A stretch of 64,000 nt of DNA from an uncultured virus (IMG/VR IMGVR_UViG_3300042301_004094) (IMGVR_UViG_3300042301_004094:62001-126000); one strand, 5' to 3'; counted from the stretch's first letter, positions 10,147 through 20,040 are shown. Numbers and translations are program-made. The notes: generated from the letters alone by a model not told the origin.

Positions 10147-10899
10147 CTATCTTCCTGAGTCAGGCCAAAAAAAGTTAATTCCTACTGGAATAGAAATGCC
10201 CTCCTCTGCACCTTCAGGGTAGTGAGTCATATCAATATCTGGTTGGATTTGTGCATAGTACTCGCGTAATGCTCTAGCATCTTTTGCTGTTAAACCATTA
10301 TCAACAAAATCACGAATAGTTGCTAATTCTCTATCACCATTAACTGATGTGATTATATATTTTAAACGAGTTGTGATTTCAAATGAACCTTGTGGGTTAA
10401 TTTTCTTTAAACCTTTAATTTCAGCATCAATTTTTTGTTCATCACCATGTGTTAATAATTTAAATGTTACTGTATTTCCAGATAAAGGCATTTTAAATGT
10501 AAATTCATTATTACCTTCTTCAAATAATGATAAATCAACTTCTTTTTCTTTTAATGCTGATAAATCAACACTTACTATTTCTTCAACACCTGTCTCGTAA
10601 TTATAATTTTTAAATTGATATTCAGCACCATATCCTAAAATACGAGCACCTAACAGTATAGCGTTTTTATCGCACACTAATATATCATTAAAACTAACTG
10701 GTGTTACTATTAATGATTGCATTACTCTGTTGAGTACTGATCCATCTTTAATATAATTAGCATTAGTAAGAATATCTTCTTCTTTAGCTGTCATATATTT
10801 CATTTCAATTTCACCTTTAGAAAGTGGTGAGTCTTTTGGATATAATAATCCTTTTGAAGGCAACGAAACCGTTTCGGTTGGCATTTTAAAATCGCTCAT
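10147..10899 (-). CDS. tail assembly chaperone / T4 gp26-like hub assembly protein
   Basis: LPSKGLLYP...MTAKEEDIL...ARILGYG and C-terminal NFFWP. Lies between tube and tape measure. Confidence 0.7.
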   Translation of the reverse strand: MSDFKMPTETVSLPSKGLLYPKDSPLSKGEIEMKYMTAKEEDILTNANYIKDGSVLNRVMQSLIVTPVSFNDILVCDKNAILLGARILGYGAEYQFKNYNYETGVEEIVSVDLSALKEKEVDLSLFEEGNNEFTFKMPLSGNTVTFKLLTHGDEQKIDAEIKGLKKINPQGSFEITTRLKYIITSVNGDRELATIRDFVDNGLTAKDARALREYYAQIQPDIDMTHYPEGAEEGISIPVGINFFWPDSGR

Positions 10900-10933
10900 A
10901 TAACATTTTTATTTTGTTCGTATATAAATATAT

Positions 10934-10963
10934 AGAAAAAGAAAGCGTCTGCAAAGCAGACGC
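10934..10963 (-). terminator. intrinsic terminator after the tail tube gene
   Basis: gcgtctgc-aaa-gcagacgc hairpin followed by TTTCTTTTTCT on the minus strand. Confidence 0.8.
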
Positions 10964-10989
10964 CTCTAAGAAAAGAAATATGAAGGGAA

Positions 10990-11475
10990 TTAAAAATTCA
11001 ATACACAGTAATCCATAGCAACAGTAAGGGAAATGTTAATTGCTGCCTCACTAGCCCAATCGTATTCACCAAAGTTTGCAGTTTTTACATATGCACCTTT
11101 GATTATCCATTCGCTAACGATGTCACCTACTGGACCTAATACATTCAATACTAAATCTTTTTTATAAAAATCAGAATAACCATCACGGCCTGTTACTGAT
11201 TCGTGAGCCAAACGAGCCCATTCCATTACAGCTTGAGCACCACTTGGAGTAATTGGATCATAAAGTTCTAAGTTCATATCTTGCCACTTAACTTTACCTT
11301 TTACTTTACGGTAAACGTTGATGTGGTCTAATACGATTTCACCTGCATCAAATTGAGGTGACGCTGCCTTCTTAATCAAGTATGCTGGGATACCGTCTAC
11401 ATACATGATGAAACGATTCTGCACCTTTGGTTCGAAAGCGGTGAACATTATTTGGTTTGCGTCTAATACAGCCAT
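10990..11475 (-). CDS. tail tube protein (T4 gp19-like)
   Basis: EPKVQNRF...KWQDMNLELYDPI...WIIKGAYVKTANFGEYDW; directly follows the sheath gene. Confidence 0.9.
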   Translation of the reverse strand: MAVLDANQIMFTAFEPKVQNRFIMYVDGIPAYLIKKAASPQFDAGEIVLDHINVYRKVKGKVKWQDMNLELYDPITPSGAQAVMEWARLAHESVTGRDGYSDFYKKDLVLNVLGPVGDIVSEWIIKGAYVKTANFGEYDWASEAAINISLTVAMDYCVLNF

Positions 11476-11521
11476 TTTATGTTAAATTTTGTCTATTAAT
11501 AAATATTATTGTTTATAACTC

Positions 11522-13234
11522 TTACGCTGGGAATGTTGCCCCAGTTGGTAATACTGTGAAATCTAACACAATGAATTCTGCTGTTTTACTTGGTTGTAAA
11601 TAGATTTGACCAACTAATTGGTTTCTATCGATTACATCAGGTGTGTTATTAGAATCATCCATTACCACTTTATAAGCATATAAACCTTGACGTTGTACTA
11701 CTGATTCTAAGTAAGGGTTTGCAATGCTCATAAATCTGTTTCTTGTAGCTGCTGTATTTTGTTCAAATACTAATGAACGACCTACTTGACCTAAGAAACC
11801 TTTCAAGGTAATCAACAAACGACGAACGTTAATTCTGTCTAATGAAGTTGATTTTTTCTGTAATGTCTTTTGACCAAACGCTACAACACCTTCTCCAGGG
11901 AATGAAGCTAATGGGTTAATGTTTGTATCATATAAAGTATCACGATCTTCTTGAGATAATCTTCTTTCAGCTCTTAATACTGATCCAATTCCACCACGGT
12001 TTAAACCTGCTGGAGCGAACCATTCAGCACCTACTTGGTCGTTGAATGCGAATACACCACCCATTACTACAGATGGAGGACACCATACAGCCTTACCTAA
12101 GTTATTGCTAAACAATTGTACCCATGGATAATATGCAGCACCATAACTTGAACCATTAGCAGCAGCCGCTGTAACAGCAGCAGCTACGTTAGCTCCATAT
12201 GCTGTAGTATCGATAATTGCCATTGAATCACCTCTACCTTCACATACTGCAATTACATCATCTGAGATTGAACTTAAAGCACCAGTACCTAATGTTACAC
12301 CAGGAACTAATAATAAGTTAAAGCTATAATCATCTTTATTTGATAATAAAGTTAAAGCAGATGTGTAATCAGCAGCAGCAAATCCTTGACAGTTTGTAGC
12401 TGCCGTGTCATTTGCTTCAAAAAATACAGCTGTTCTGTTAGTTGCAGCTACACCACCACTAAATGAACCACTACCTGCTGCTGGTAAATAACCACCAAAA
12501 GTTGAAGTTTTATAATTACCTAAGTTATCAATTGAATCGATAGTGTTGTTTACTGTTTTAACACGTACATGTGAAGAACCACCTTGGAAACTACCTGAAA
12601 TTTCTACTAAGCCTTTTGAAGCATTGTAAACAGGTTTTGCATCACCTACTACACGAGAGATGAAGTTTGGTTGAGCTGGGTCTAAAGATAAGTTTGAGAA
12701 TGTTTCTAGAACATTTTTGTTATTTGTGTTGTCATCACCACGACGAACTACTAATGTAAATGTACCTTTTGTACTGTTAACATTAGTTACTTCCCAACGT
12801 ACGTTCTCTATTGAACCAGAAGCTAAAGCACCTGATACTTCAGAACCACTGTTGTTTGCGATATCACCCCACTGAGTAGCTTCTAAAACAAAAGAAGCAG
12901 TTGCGTTTGATGTTGCTGCTGCTGATGAGCTAGCATAAGTGTCATAAGAAGAGCCACTAATAATTTTAGTTACTAACAATGAATTTCCACCATTGTTGAA
13001 ATATTCTTTAGCAGCAAGTGATGTAAAATATTCATAGTAGTTACTTCCACTTTTGAATATATCACCAAAAACTGATAAATATTCACTATAAGAAGTTACA
13101 ACTGTTGGGGCCATTGGGTTACCTTTAACTGTAGGACCAACAATAGCAGCTCCAACCTCTTGAATACCTCTTTGTACTAAACTCTTGTCGTTTTCGCGAG
13201 TAAAAACGCCTGGAGAGATAATTTTTTCTGCCAT
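11522..13234 (-). CDS. tail sheath protein (T4 gp18-like)
   Basis: N-terminal ISPGVFTREND, WFAPAGLNRG, FGQKTLQ...LDRINVRRLL and C-terminal QPSKTAEFIVLDF. Confidence 0.95.
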   Translation of the reverse strand: MAEKIISPGVFTRENDKSLVQRGIQEVGAAIVGPTVKGNPMAPTVVTSYSEYLSVFGDIFKSGSNYYEYFTSLAAKEYFNNGGNSLLVTKIISGSSYDTYASSSAAATSNATASFVLEATQWGDIANNSGSEVSGALASGSIENVRWEVTNVNSTKGTFTLVVRRGDDNTNNKNVLETFSNLSLDPAQPNFISRVVGDAKPVYNASKGLVEISGSFQGGSSHVRVKTVNNTIDSIDNLGNYKTSTFGGYLPAAGSGSFSGGVAATNRTAVFFEANDTAATNCQGFAAADYTSALTLLSNKDDYSFNLLLVPGVTLGTGALSSISDDVIAVCEGRGDSMAIIDTTAYGANVAAAVTAAAANGSSYGAAYYPWVQLFSNNLGKAVWCPPSVVMGGVFAFNDQVGAEWFAPAGLNRGGIGSVLRAERRLSQEDRDTLYDTNINPLASFPGEGVVAFGQKTLQKKSTSLDRINVRRLLITLKGFLGQVGRSLVFEQNTAATRNRFMSIANPYLESVVQRQGLYAYKVVMDDSNNTPDVIDRNQLVGQIYLQPSKTAEFIVLDFTVLPTGATFPA

Positions 13235-13306
13235 AGTATTTTTTAATTAATTTGATTTAAATTATTCTGATAATAAATATTCGGAAAAATACGTAACCGA
13301 TTGGGG

Positions 13307-13567
13307 TTACGGTAAGATCTCACCTGTCTGGATGTCTAGATTTCCTTCTCCATATTTTTCACGGATCTTAGTAAGATAATCATCTTGACGTTGATAGTTA
13401 GATGTTATATCCCCGTATAATCCTGTTAATTCATTATCAATTGTTTTTAATTGATTTTCTAATTCGTGTTTTTCATATTGCAATTGACCAATTTCAAATA
13501 TTGTTTTTGAATATTGATCGCGAAGCTGAGTAAGCTCAGTCATTTCTTGTTCTGTAATTTTCTTCAT
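13307..13567 (-). CDS. small coiled-coil hypothetical protein
   Basis: 86 aa, heptad-rich, ending KYGEGNLDIQTGEILP. Confidence 0.7.
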   Translation of the reverse strand: MKKITEQEMTELTQLRDQYSKTIFEIGQLQYEKHELENQLKTIDNELTGLYGDITSNYQRQDDYLTKIREKYGEGNLDIQTGEILP

Positions 13568-13568
13568 A

Positions 13569-13796
13569 TTATTTTTCCCATTTATTTTTTGGACAACTTT
13601 TTTCTACAGGGCTAAATACCTTTTTATTTAAAGGACACCCACAAGCATTACAATACCAGAAATTCATTACTTCTTGATGGGCTTTATGTTCACAACCATC
13701 ACATATTGATAGTCTATGTTCTGCTATTAATTTTTGTTCAGGGGTTGGATTAGCTGCTGCTATCCATGCTTTTCCTATTTCTACTAGTTTGTTCAT
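13569..13796 (-). CDS. small Cys-rich putative metal-binding protein
   Basis: CDGC...CNACGC...CPKNKW pattern. Confidence 0.7.
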   Translation of the reverse strand: MNKLVEIGKAWIAAANPTPEQKLIAEHRLSICDGCEHKAHQEVMNFWYCNACGCPLNKKVFSPVEKSCPKNKWEK

Positions 13797-13811
13797 ATAA
13801 CTTAATTTAAT

Positions 13812-13837
13812 AAAGAAAAGCCCCTAAATTAGAGGCT
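13812..13837 (-). terminator. probable intrinsic terminator
   Basis: Minus strand agcctctaa-t-ttaggggct (with a G-U pair) followed by TTTCTTT. Confidence 0.55.
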
Positions 13838-13862
13838 ATTTCTTCACTTTATATAGAGGGGA

Positions 13863-14333
13863 TTAGTCTTCAACTTTGATCAATTGGAAGAATGTTTGAT
13901 AATTACCTTCTGTTTCTACATGAGCGAAATCGCTAATATTGAAAGGTTTATATTCTAATTCTCTTTCTTGATTCAACAAATCATTGTATTCCTTTTGGAA
14001 TTCAAAGAAATCTTGGTTTGGTTCTGATTTGAATTTTGGGTTACCTTCTTCGTCGACACCATCTTCTTTTCTGATAGATGGAGATAGTTGGTATCCACCA
14101 CTTTCGTCTGTTGAACCATACTTCATAATCAATTCATCACGAAGTTTGTTAATTGATTCTTTTTCAGAAGTCAATCTTTTATTTAAATCAGTGATCCAAT
14201 ATTTAGTAATCATATTAAGTTTTTCACTTAATAGACCTTTAGAAATTGTTTCACCTGTTTGTTGGTTTACTAAACCATTAATTTCAGCTTCGAGATTTAA
14301 AAACTCGAATAATTTTAGACTAATTTTTTCCAT
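13863..14333 (-). CDS. hypothetical protein
   Basis: 156 aa acidic helical ORF in the gene array. Confidence 0.7.
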   Translation of the reverse strand: MEKISLKLFEFLNLEAEINGLVNQQTGETISKGLLSEKLNMITKYWITDLNKRLTSEKESINKLRDELIMKYGSTDESGGYQLSPSIRKEDGVDEEGNPKFKSEPNQDFFEFQKEYNDLLNQERELEYKPFNISDFAHVETEGNYQTFFQLIKVED

Positions 14334-14348
14334 AACTGTAGTTGTTTC

Positions 14349-14597
14349 TTATTTTGTTTTCTTTGTTGCTTTTGTTTTTGGAGCTGCTTCAGGTTTTGTT
14401 TTAGGAGCTTTAGAAGTTTTAGCTTTAGCTTCTTTTACTACTTCTTTAACTTCTTCAACCACTTCTTTTACTGCTTCAATTTTTGATTCAATTGCATCAG
14501 GAATGTTGTTGTTGTTTGCATCGGCTATTTTACCCTTTCTCATTAGAACAAAGGTAACAGCGGCCACGAGTACTAATACGATAATAAGTGTTAACAT
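14349..14597 (-). CDS. small membrane-anchored protein with a DxNxNxIPD loop and Lys/Ala-rich tail
   Basis: N-terminal hydrophobic helix, DANNNNIPD, and KAKTSKAPKTKP tail. Upstream motif at 14620-14628. Confidence 0.7.
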   Translation of the reverse strand: MLTLIIVLVLVAAVTFVLMRKGKIADANNNNIPDAIESKIEAVKEVVEEVKEVVKEAKAKTSKAPKTKPEAAPKTKATKKTK

Positions 14598-14652
14598 GTT
14601 TTATATTTTTTTGTTCGTATATAAATATATAAGAAGATCCAAAAACGCAATC

Positions 14653-14883
14653 TTATAAAGAAGAAAGACGAGTTTCTATTTCCTGTCTAGCAGCAATGAA
14701 TGCTTCTTCTGTTGATTCTTCAATAACATTATTAGCTAAATCCTCAGCTATTTTATTATAAAAAGAAGCTGGAGCTGTAACACGGATTGAACAGTCATTA
14801 GGTTCGTTCATTAAAACGATAATTTTTTGAGTATCGGTATCTACCGATAAATGCATTTGATTTCTTTTGTAATAATTTATCAT
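14653..14883 (-). CDS. hypothetical protein
   Basis: 76 aa ORF in the tight gene array. Confidence 0.6.
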   Translation of the reverse strand: MINYYKRNQMHLSVDTDTQKIIVLMNEPNDCSIRVTAPASFYNKIAEDLANNVIEESTEEAFIAARQEIETRLSSL

Positions 14884-14896
14884 AAATTTTTATTTA

Positions 14897-15298
14897 TTAA
14901 GGTTGGGGAGGTAAACATGTATTACAACTATAATAATAACATGGATTTGGATATGGATCACAATCATACTCATAACAACTACAATAATAACTACTACCAC
15001 ATCCACAAGAAGCACTATTAGACTCTATAAAAGTACTATAAGTACCACAATTTCCATTAGCATATACATAATATAGATCACAACCACTACAACTAGTATT
15101 GAGAAATGTTCCGTCTGGTTGGCAGCTACTACAAGCTGTTATAGCTGTAATCATACCTGATGAGTTGACTGAATATACGTTAGTTCCATTAGAAACCCAA
15201 CCAGCGCTTACAATAGTTGTTCTTTTCTCATCCGTGTATAAATAACACCCCACTGATAAAGAAGAGCAATAAGTATAAAAATATAAACATTGAGCCAT
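14897..15298 (-). CDS. Cys/Tyr/Ser-rich small protein, probably tail-fibre associated
   Basis: Many Cys residues, e.g. SCGCGSSYYCSCYEYDCDPYPNPCYYYSCNTC. Confidence 0.65.
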   Translation of the reverse strand: MAQCLYFYTYCSSLSVGCYLYTDEKRTTIVSAGWVSNGTNVYSVNSSGMITAITACSSCQPDGTFLNTSCSGCDLYYVYANGNCGTYSTFIESNSASCGCGSSYYCSCYEYDCDPYPNPCYYYSCNTCLPPQP

Positions 15299-15314
15299 AA
15301 TTTAATTTTTTATT

Positions 15315-16124
15315 TTAACAAGTTCCTTCTCCTCCTAAATAACAACACACACAATCACCTGTCCCAGTAGCTGCTAAGGTACAAGCCTCACTAGCTGAAA
15401 CTGAGCTATAGCATTGGAAATTTGGATAAGCTACTAATGAATAAGCTTTAACATAATAATTAGTATTAGCTTGAACAGTAAATGTATAAGATAATGATTG
15501 AAGAGTTGATGATGTATTGTTAAATGGTTTAAATATTTGTTGATTGCTAATTAAAGTTCCATTAGCAGATACTTCTAAAAAACCAAATCCTGGGGCATCC
15601 CACCCATAACTTGGTCCATCAGGATTTATTAGTCCAAAATTTGCTTGAACGTAAACACTATTTCCTACCCTAACGGCAGCACTCATTTGAGGTGAATATT
15701 GTGGGTTTCCAAAGAACATTCCATCTAAATTATTAGCAGGATCTAATCTAAGCGCGGATCCATTAACAAAACCAAATAAATCCACATTTTGATAAGGATT
15801 TGTTTCTTGACTCATCTCAAAAATAAGAGATGAATTACCACCAGAGTCTGATAACCTTGTAGCATTTAAATAATTGTAATTACAAGTAAAGTTTGGGGAA
15901 GGTCCTGTATATAAAGTATTACCAATTTGCCAACTACTATTAGGGATAAATGACCCACCATCAGGTGAATCCCCAGTATAAACATGAACTCTATTGGCTA
16001 CTTCTTGTCGAGTTAAACAACGATTAGTAGCAGGAATAGATTGACCTGCCTTTAAACCAAGTAAATTGGCAGTTACCATTTCTTGTAACTCGTTTCCTGT
16101 TATTTGAAAATTGCCACTTTTCAT
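15315..16124 (-). CDS. putative fibre-tip / adhesin-like protein with Cys-rich C-terminus
   Basis: Translationally coupled to the upstream collagen fibre; beta-rich; ends GDCVCCYLGGEGTC. Confidence 0.55.
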   Translation of the reverse strand: MKSGNFQITGNELQEMVTANLLGLKAGQSIPATNRCLTRQEVANRVHVYTGDSPDGGSFIPNSSWQIGNTLYTGPSPNFTCNYNYLNATRLSDSGGNSSLIFEMSQETNPYQNVDLFGFVNGSALRLDPANNLDGMFFGNPQYSPQMSAAVRVGNSVYVQANFGLINPDGPSYGWDAPGFGFLEVSANGTLISNQQIFKPFNNTSSTLQSLSYTFTVQANTNYYVKAYSLVAYPNFQCYSSVSASEACTLAATGTGDCVCCYLGGEGTC

Positions 16125-18871
16125 TATTTAGATTCTAATTCTTTTATTCTAGCTTCTAATTGTTGAATTGCTTTTATTAACACACCCACTGTTGATGGAA
16201 CATCCATCGTATTTTTCTTTGGAGTAGATAGATCTGATGGAGTATCTTCAGCTATAAAACCAATGTGAGGTCTATTGTCTTTATCATCTTTATAATTAAA
16301 TGACACTACATTAACTTTATTTAATATATCTAAAGCATCACTTTCATAAGGAATAATATTATATTTTAAATAGCGAGAAGAAATTTGGTAGAATCCTTCA
16401 GCTTCAATAGTATTTCCACTTACTCTAATTTGTGAATTAGTTGTGGCTCCAGTTGAGGTACCATTGCTGATTAATAAAGCATTATTTGTTGCTGGTGAAA
16501 TTGCATTAAACCCAGGGCCTGTTGAACCTTGGTCGCCTTTATCACCTTTGAATCCTTGAAAGCCTCTATCACCTTGATCACCTTTAGTTCCTTTATCACC
16601 TTGGTCACCTTTGTTACCTTTATCACCTTGGTCACCTTTGTCACCTTTTAAACCTTTATCTCCTTGGTCGCCTTTATCGCCTTTGTCGCCTTTGAATCCT
16701 TGAAAACCTCTATCGCCTTGATCACCCTTATCACCCTTATCACCTTTTAAACCTTTATCACCTTGGTCTCCCTTATCACCCTTATCTCCTTTAAATCCTT
16801 GATCTCCCTTGTCGCCTTTATCGCCTTTGAATCCTTGGAAGCCTTGGTCTCCTTTGTCGCCCTTGTCACCTTTTAATCCTTGAAATCCTCTGTCGCCTTG
16901 ATCGCCTTTGTCGCCCTTGTCACCTTTTAATCCTTGTAAGCCTTGTAAGCCTTGAAGACCTTGGAAACCTCTGTCGCCTTGATCGCCTTTGAATCCTTGG
17001 AAACCTCTGTCGCCTTGATCGCCTTTGAATCCTTGGAAACCTCTGTCGCCTTGGTCGCCTTTTAAACCTATATCACCTTTTAATCCTTGGAAACCTATAT
17101 CTCCTTTGAATCCTTGAAATCCTCTATCACCTTGGTCGCCTTTGAATCCTTGAAAGCCTTGATCGCCTTTTGATCCTGTTATTCCAATATCTCCTTGATC
17201 GCCTTTTGATCCTGCAGCTCCTTGAAAACCTTGAACTCCATTAGTTCCATTTGTACCCGCAATACCTTGAGGACCTGTTGCTCCTTGTGAACCTGTATCT
17301 CCTCTATCTCCTGTTCTTGCAAATGTAACAATTATATCTAAATTATTTGTAAATGAACTTACTCCTGATAACCATGTAACAGGTACTCCAAAATAATTTG
17401 TGTTGTGGGTGTGAGTTCCAGTTATTGCAAATAAAGCAAAATTTGTTGTACTACCTTTTTCAGTTACAGTAAAGTGTCCTTTAATTGCTGATGTTGAATC
17501 ATCAACTGTTTGTAAATAGTTGTATACAGAAACACTAGCATCGTCTACTTCACTTATATATAATTCCGTGACTGATGATAATGTTAAGTTATTAAATTTT
17601 AATTTTCCATTTCCAGGAATTGTATTTGAGGTGTTTGTGCTGAATGTGTAATCAAAAGCAGCACCACCAAAATTACCTGTTAAACCTTGAGGACCTTGTG
17701 TCCCTTGAGGACCTTGAACTCCTTGAGCTCCAGTTCCTTGACTACCTTGCCTTCCTTGAGTTCCTTGAGTTCCTTGAGTTCCTGCCTCTCCATTATTTAC
17801 ATATCCTATAGTAACTAATGATCCTTCAACACTATTGTTAAGGTTACCGTAACTTGAAATTAATACTAAATTACATGATCTATATGTTTTTCCATCCCCA
17901 AGTGTAATATCATATGCATTGCTAACAGTGTAAAGACCATAACCCCCAGTCTCATGAACATTTGAGATTCTTAAAATTGTTCCAGCAACAATCCCAGCAG
18001 TCCATGATGTTGCATTTCCAATTTCTTGATTCGTTTCGGTATATGATATTTTTGAAGTTCTAGAAATTCCAATGTTTGTTAATGTTGAGTACTGACTAGA
18101 ATTCGTTGCTAGCTGTCCATCACCATACGTTTCGTATTCATAAACTAGCGCATTGCCAGCAGGATTACCCATTGGGCCTTTAATACCTTGATTACCTTGA
18201 TCACCTTTAGCCCCTTGATCACCTTTAAATCCTATACTTCCTTGTGCACCTACAGTGCCTTGATCACCCTTATCACCTTTATCACCTTTAAATCCTTGAA
18301 TACCTTGAATACCAATAGATCCTTGATCTCCGGTGTCACCTTTAGCTCCTTGAAAACCTTGATCACCTTTATCTCCTTTGTCACCTTTTGTTCCTTGTAC
18401 ACCTATGCTTCCTTGTACACCGATTGGACCTTGAATACCTTGGGCTCCTATATCTCCTTGATCACCTTTTGATCCTATACTTCCTTGCGCACCAATACCA
18501 CCTTGTGCACCAACCCCACCTTGAAATCCTACTGGGCCTTGTACGCCTATAGGACCTTGATGACCTTGGTCGCCTTTTGATCCTTGAACTCCATTTGAAC
18601 CTTGTACACCTTGAGCCCCATGATCACCTTGATCACCTTTAAGACCTTGTATACCAATACTACCTTGTACACCAACAGGACCTTGATTACCTTGAGCTCC
18701 TGTTATTCCTTGAGGTCCTTGTGCACCTACAGTTCCTTGAATACCTTGGGCACCTTGAGCACCATTTGATATTGTAATTTGATTTATACTACCACTTAAT
18801 TCGGTCCAGTTATCGTCCATTTCTTGCCACGTAAGTGGACGACCTAGAGATGATCTTAAAGATAAAGCCAT
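16124..18871 (-). CDS. collagen-like tail fibre with C-terminal intramolecular chaperone (peptidase S74-like)
   Basis: Long G-X-Y runs (GAQ/GDQ/GDK/GFQ). C-terminal SSRYLKYNI...HIGFIAED...LIKAIQQLEARIKELE. Confidence 0.85.
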   Translation of the reverse strand: MALSLRSSLGRPLTWQEMDDNWTELSGSINQITISNGAQGAQGIQGTVGAQGPQGITGAQGNQGPVGVQGSIGIQGLKGDQGDHGAQGVQGSNGVQGSKGDQGHQGPIGVQGPVGFQGGVGAQGGIGAQGSIGSKGDQGDIGAQGIQGPIGVQGSIGVQGTKGDKGDKGDQGFQGAKGDTGDQGSIGIQGIQGFKGDKGDKGDQGTVGAQGSIGFKGDQGAKGDQGNQGIKGPMGNPAGNALVYEYETYGDGQLATNSSQYSTLTNIGISRTSKISYTETNQEIGNATSWTAGIVAGTILRISNVHETGGYGLYTVSNAYDITLGDGKTYRSCNLVLISSYGNLNNSVEGSLVTIGYVNNGEAGTQGTQGTQGRQGSQGTGAQGVQGPQGTQGPQGLTGNFGGAAFDYTFSTNTSNTIPGNGKLKFNNLTLSSVTELYISEVDDASVSVYNYLQTVDDSTSAIKGHFTVTEKGSTTNFALFAITGTHTHNTNYFGVPVTWLSGVSSFTNNLDIIVTFARTGDRGDTGSQGATGPQGIAGTNGTNGVQGFQGAAGSKGDQGDIGITGSKGDQGFQGFKGDQGDRGFQGFKGDIGFQGLKGDIGLKGDQGDRGFQGFKGDQGDRGFQGFKGDQGDRGFQGLQGLQGLQGLKGDKGDKGDQGDRGFQGLKGDKGDKGDQGFQGFKGDKGDKGDQGFKGDKGDKGDQGDKGLKGDKGDKGDQGDRGFQGFKGDKGDKGDQGDKGLKGDKGDQGDKGNKGDQGDKGTKGDQGDRGFQGFKGDKGDQGSTGPGFNAISPATNNALLISNGTSTGATTNSQIRVSGNTIEAEGFYQISSRYLKYNIIPYESDALDILNKVNVVSFNYKDDKDNRPHIGFIAEDTPSDLSTPKKNTMDVPSTVGVLIKAIQQLEARIKELESK

Positions 18872-18902
18872 AATTATTTTTTAATTTGTCACGTATAAAT
18901 AT

Positions 18903-18929
18903 GAAAGGGGATGATTGCTCATCCCCTTC
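18903..18929 (-). terminator. hairpin, probable terminator, abutting the next promoter-like motif
   Basis: aaggggatga-ttgc-tcatcccctt inverted repeat with a weak T tract. Confidence 0.55.
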
Positions 18930-18953
18930 TAAAAATATATATTAATATTTTAA

Positions 18954-19418
18954 TTAACAGTCTTCGTAGCTACCAGTACCGAATACTTCAGCAACTTTTT
19001 CTTTTAATTTAGCATAACCAAATTCAAAGATATTTGCTTCTTCTACTTCAGTAAAATCTGGAACCATTACAGTAACGCTTTCAGAAACTGTAGTTTCTAC
19101 GTTAGTAAAAGTAACACTTCCTGATGCATCTACACTTTGAGAAGGTACATTTACTGTTCTGTAAACAACACTTTCAGATGGAACTCTTAAATCAACATAT
19201 AAGTTATCACCAATTTGTTGGTTACGAGCTATTGTTCCCATTCCTCCAGGACCTGGGTACAAATTAGATGCTGATGTTGCTGATTCTGCGTCTAAAAATA
19301 ATTGAGTTTGAAAATTAGCAAATCCACCTTTCTGAATTTGGTAATTTGTAATACGAAGGTATGCTTCGCTTGTGATACCTAAATCAGTACCAATTTGAGT
19401 TGTAATTCTAATTGCCAT
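18954..19418 (-). CDS. hypothetical tail-fibre-associated protein; start revised to MAIRITTQ at 19418
   Basis: The track start (19484) overlaps the previous gene. The ATG at 19418 lies 24 nt below the conserved upstream motif at 19442-19450. Confidence 0.7.
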   Translation of the reverse strand: MAIRITTQIGTDLGITSEAYLRITNYQIQKGGFANFQTQLFLDAESATSASNLYPGPGGMGTIARNQQIGDNLYVDLRVPSESVVYRTVNVPSQSVDASGSVTFTNVETTVSESVTVMVPDFTEVEEANIFEFGYAKLKEKVAEVFGTGSYEDC

Positions 19419-19449
19419 TGTTGTATAGTTGTTTTTACGTGAATAAATA

Positions 19450-20040
19450 TTAGCGATAATGTTCTCCCCCAAGCCATAATACAAAAGATCTACGAGTTCC
19501 TACAGTTACTGGTGAAACGCGGTGCATCATATATGAAGGAAATATAACTACTGTGCCTCTGCCGCGAGGAGCTGTGATATGTCCTTTACCTCCTTGCCAA
19601 ATATCTAAATCTCCACCTTCATAATCATTAGAATCAGATAGTTGGACCGTAATAGACACTTTACGGAGCGATAATATCCCAGGCCCAATGTCTTGATGCC
19701 AGATGTAATGTCCTCCTTCTGAAGCGTAGTATTCAGTGTATTGTATTTGTTCTGGGGCTGAGTGTAAATCAAAATCCCATAGAGATTTGTTAGCTTCAGC
19801 AGCCATATCCATTAATTTACCGTATAACCAATTCCATTTCATATTTTGTGGAATCCATTTAATAGATGATGAGCGAGCTTCTTTATTATCACCACCAATT
19901 GTAGTAGCTTGAACAAAATCAATTTCAGCGACATCATTGTAAATTTTGTCTAGTTCTTCATTATTAAAACCTTTATCAAAATAATAATAATTTTGAAGAT
20001 CAACGTGTTTTTTAGAAAATAAATAGCCTGTTTGTACCAT
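19450..20040 (-). CDS. 2OG-Fe(II) dioxygenase (prolyl-hydroxylase/PKHD-like)
   Basis: YIWHQD (HxD), RKVSITVQLS...YEGGDL, FPSYMMHRVSPVTVGTRRSFVLW (distal His and 2OG-binding Arg). Confidence 0.9.
   Translation of the reverse strand: MVQTGYLFSKKHVDLQNYYYFDKGFNNEELDKIYNDVAEIDFVQATTIGGDNKEARSSSIKWIPQNMKWNWLYGKLMDMAAEANKSLWDFDLHSAPEQIQYTEYYASEGGHYIWHQDIGPGILSLRKVSITVQLSDSNDYEGGDLDIWQGGKGHITAPRGRGTVVIFPSYMMHRVSPVTVGTRRSFVLWLGGEHYR

Noticed and set aside
13984..14658. 224-aa plus-strand ORF
   Set aside because: Antisense to two well-formed minus-strand genes; composition mirrors their codons.
16530..17210. Short periodic DNA repeats that could resemble a CRISPR array or satellite
   Set aside because: Periods are multiples of 9 bp with no unique spacers; fully explained by collagen coding.
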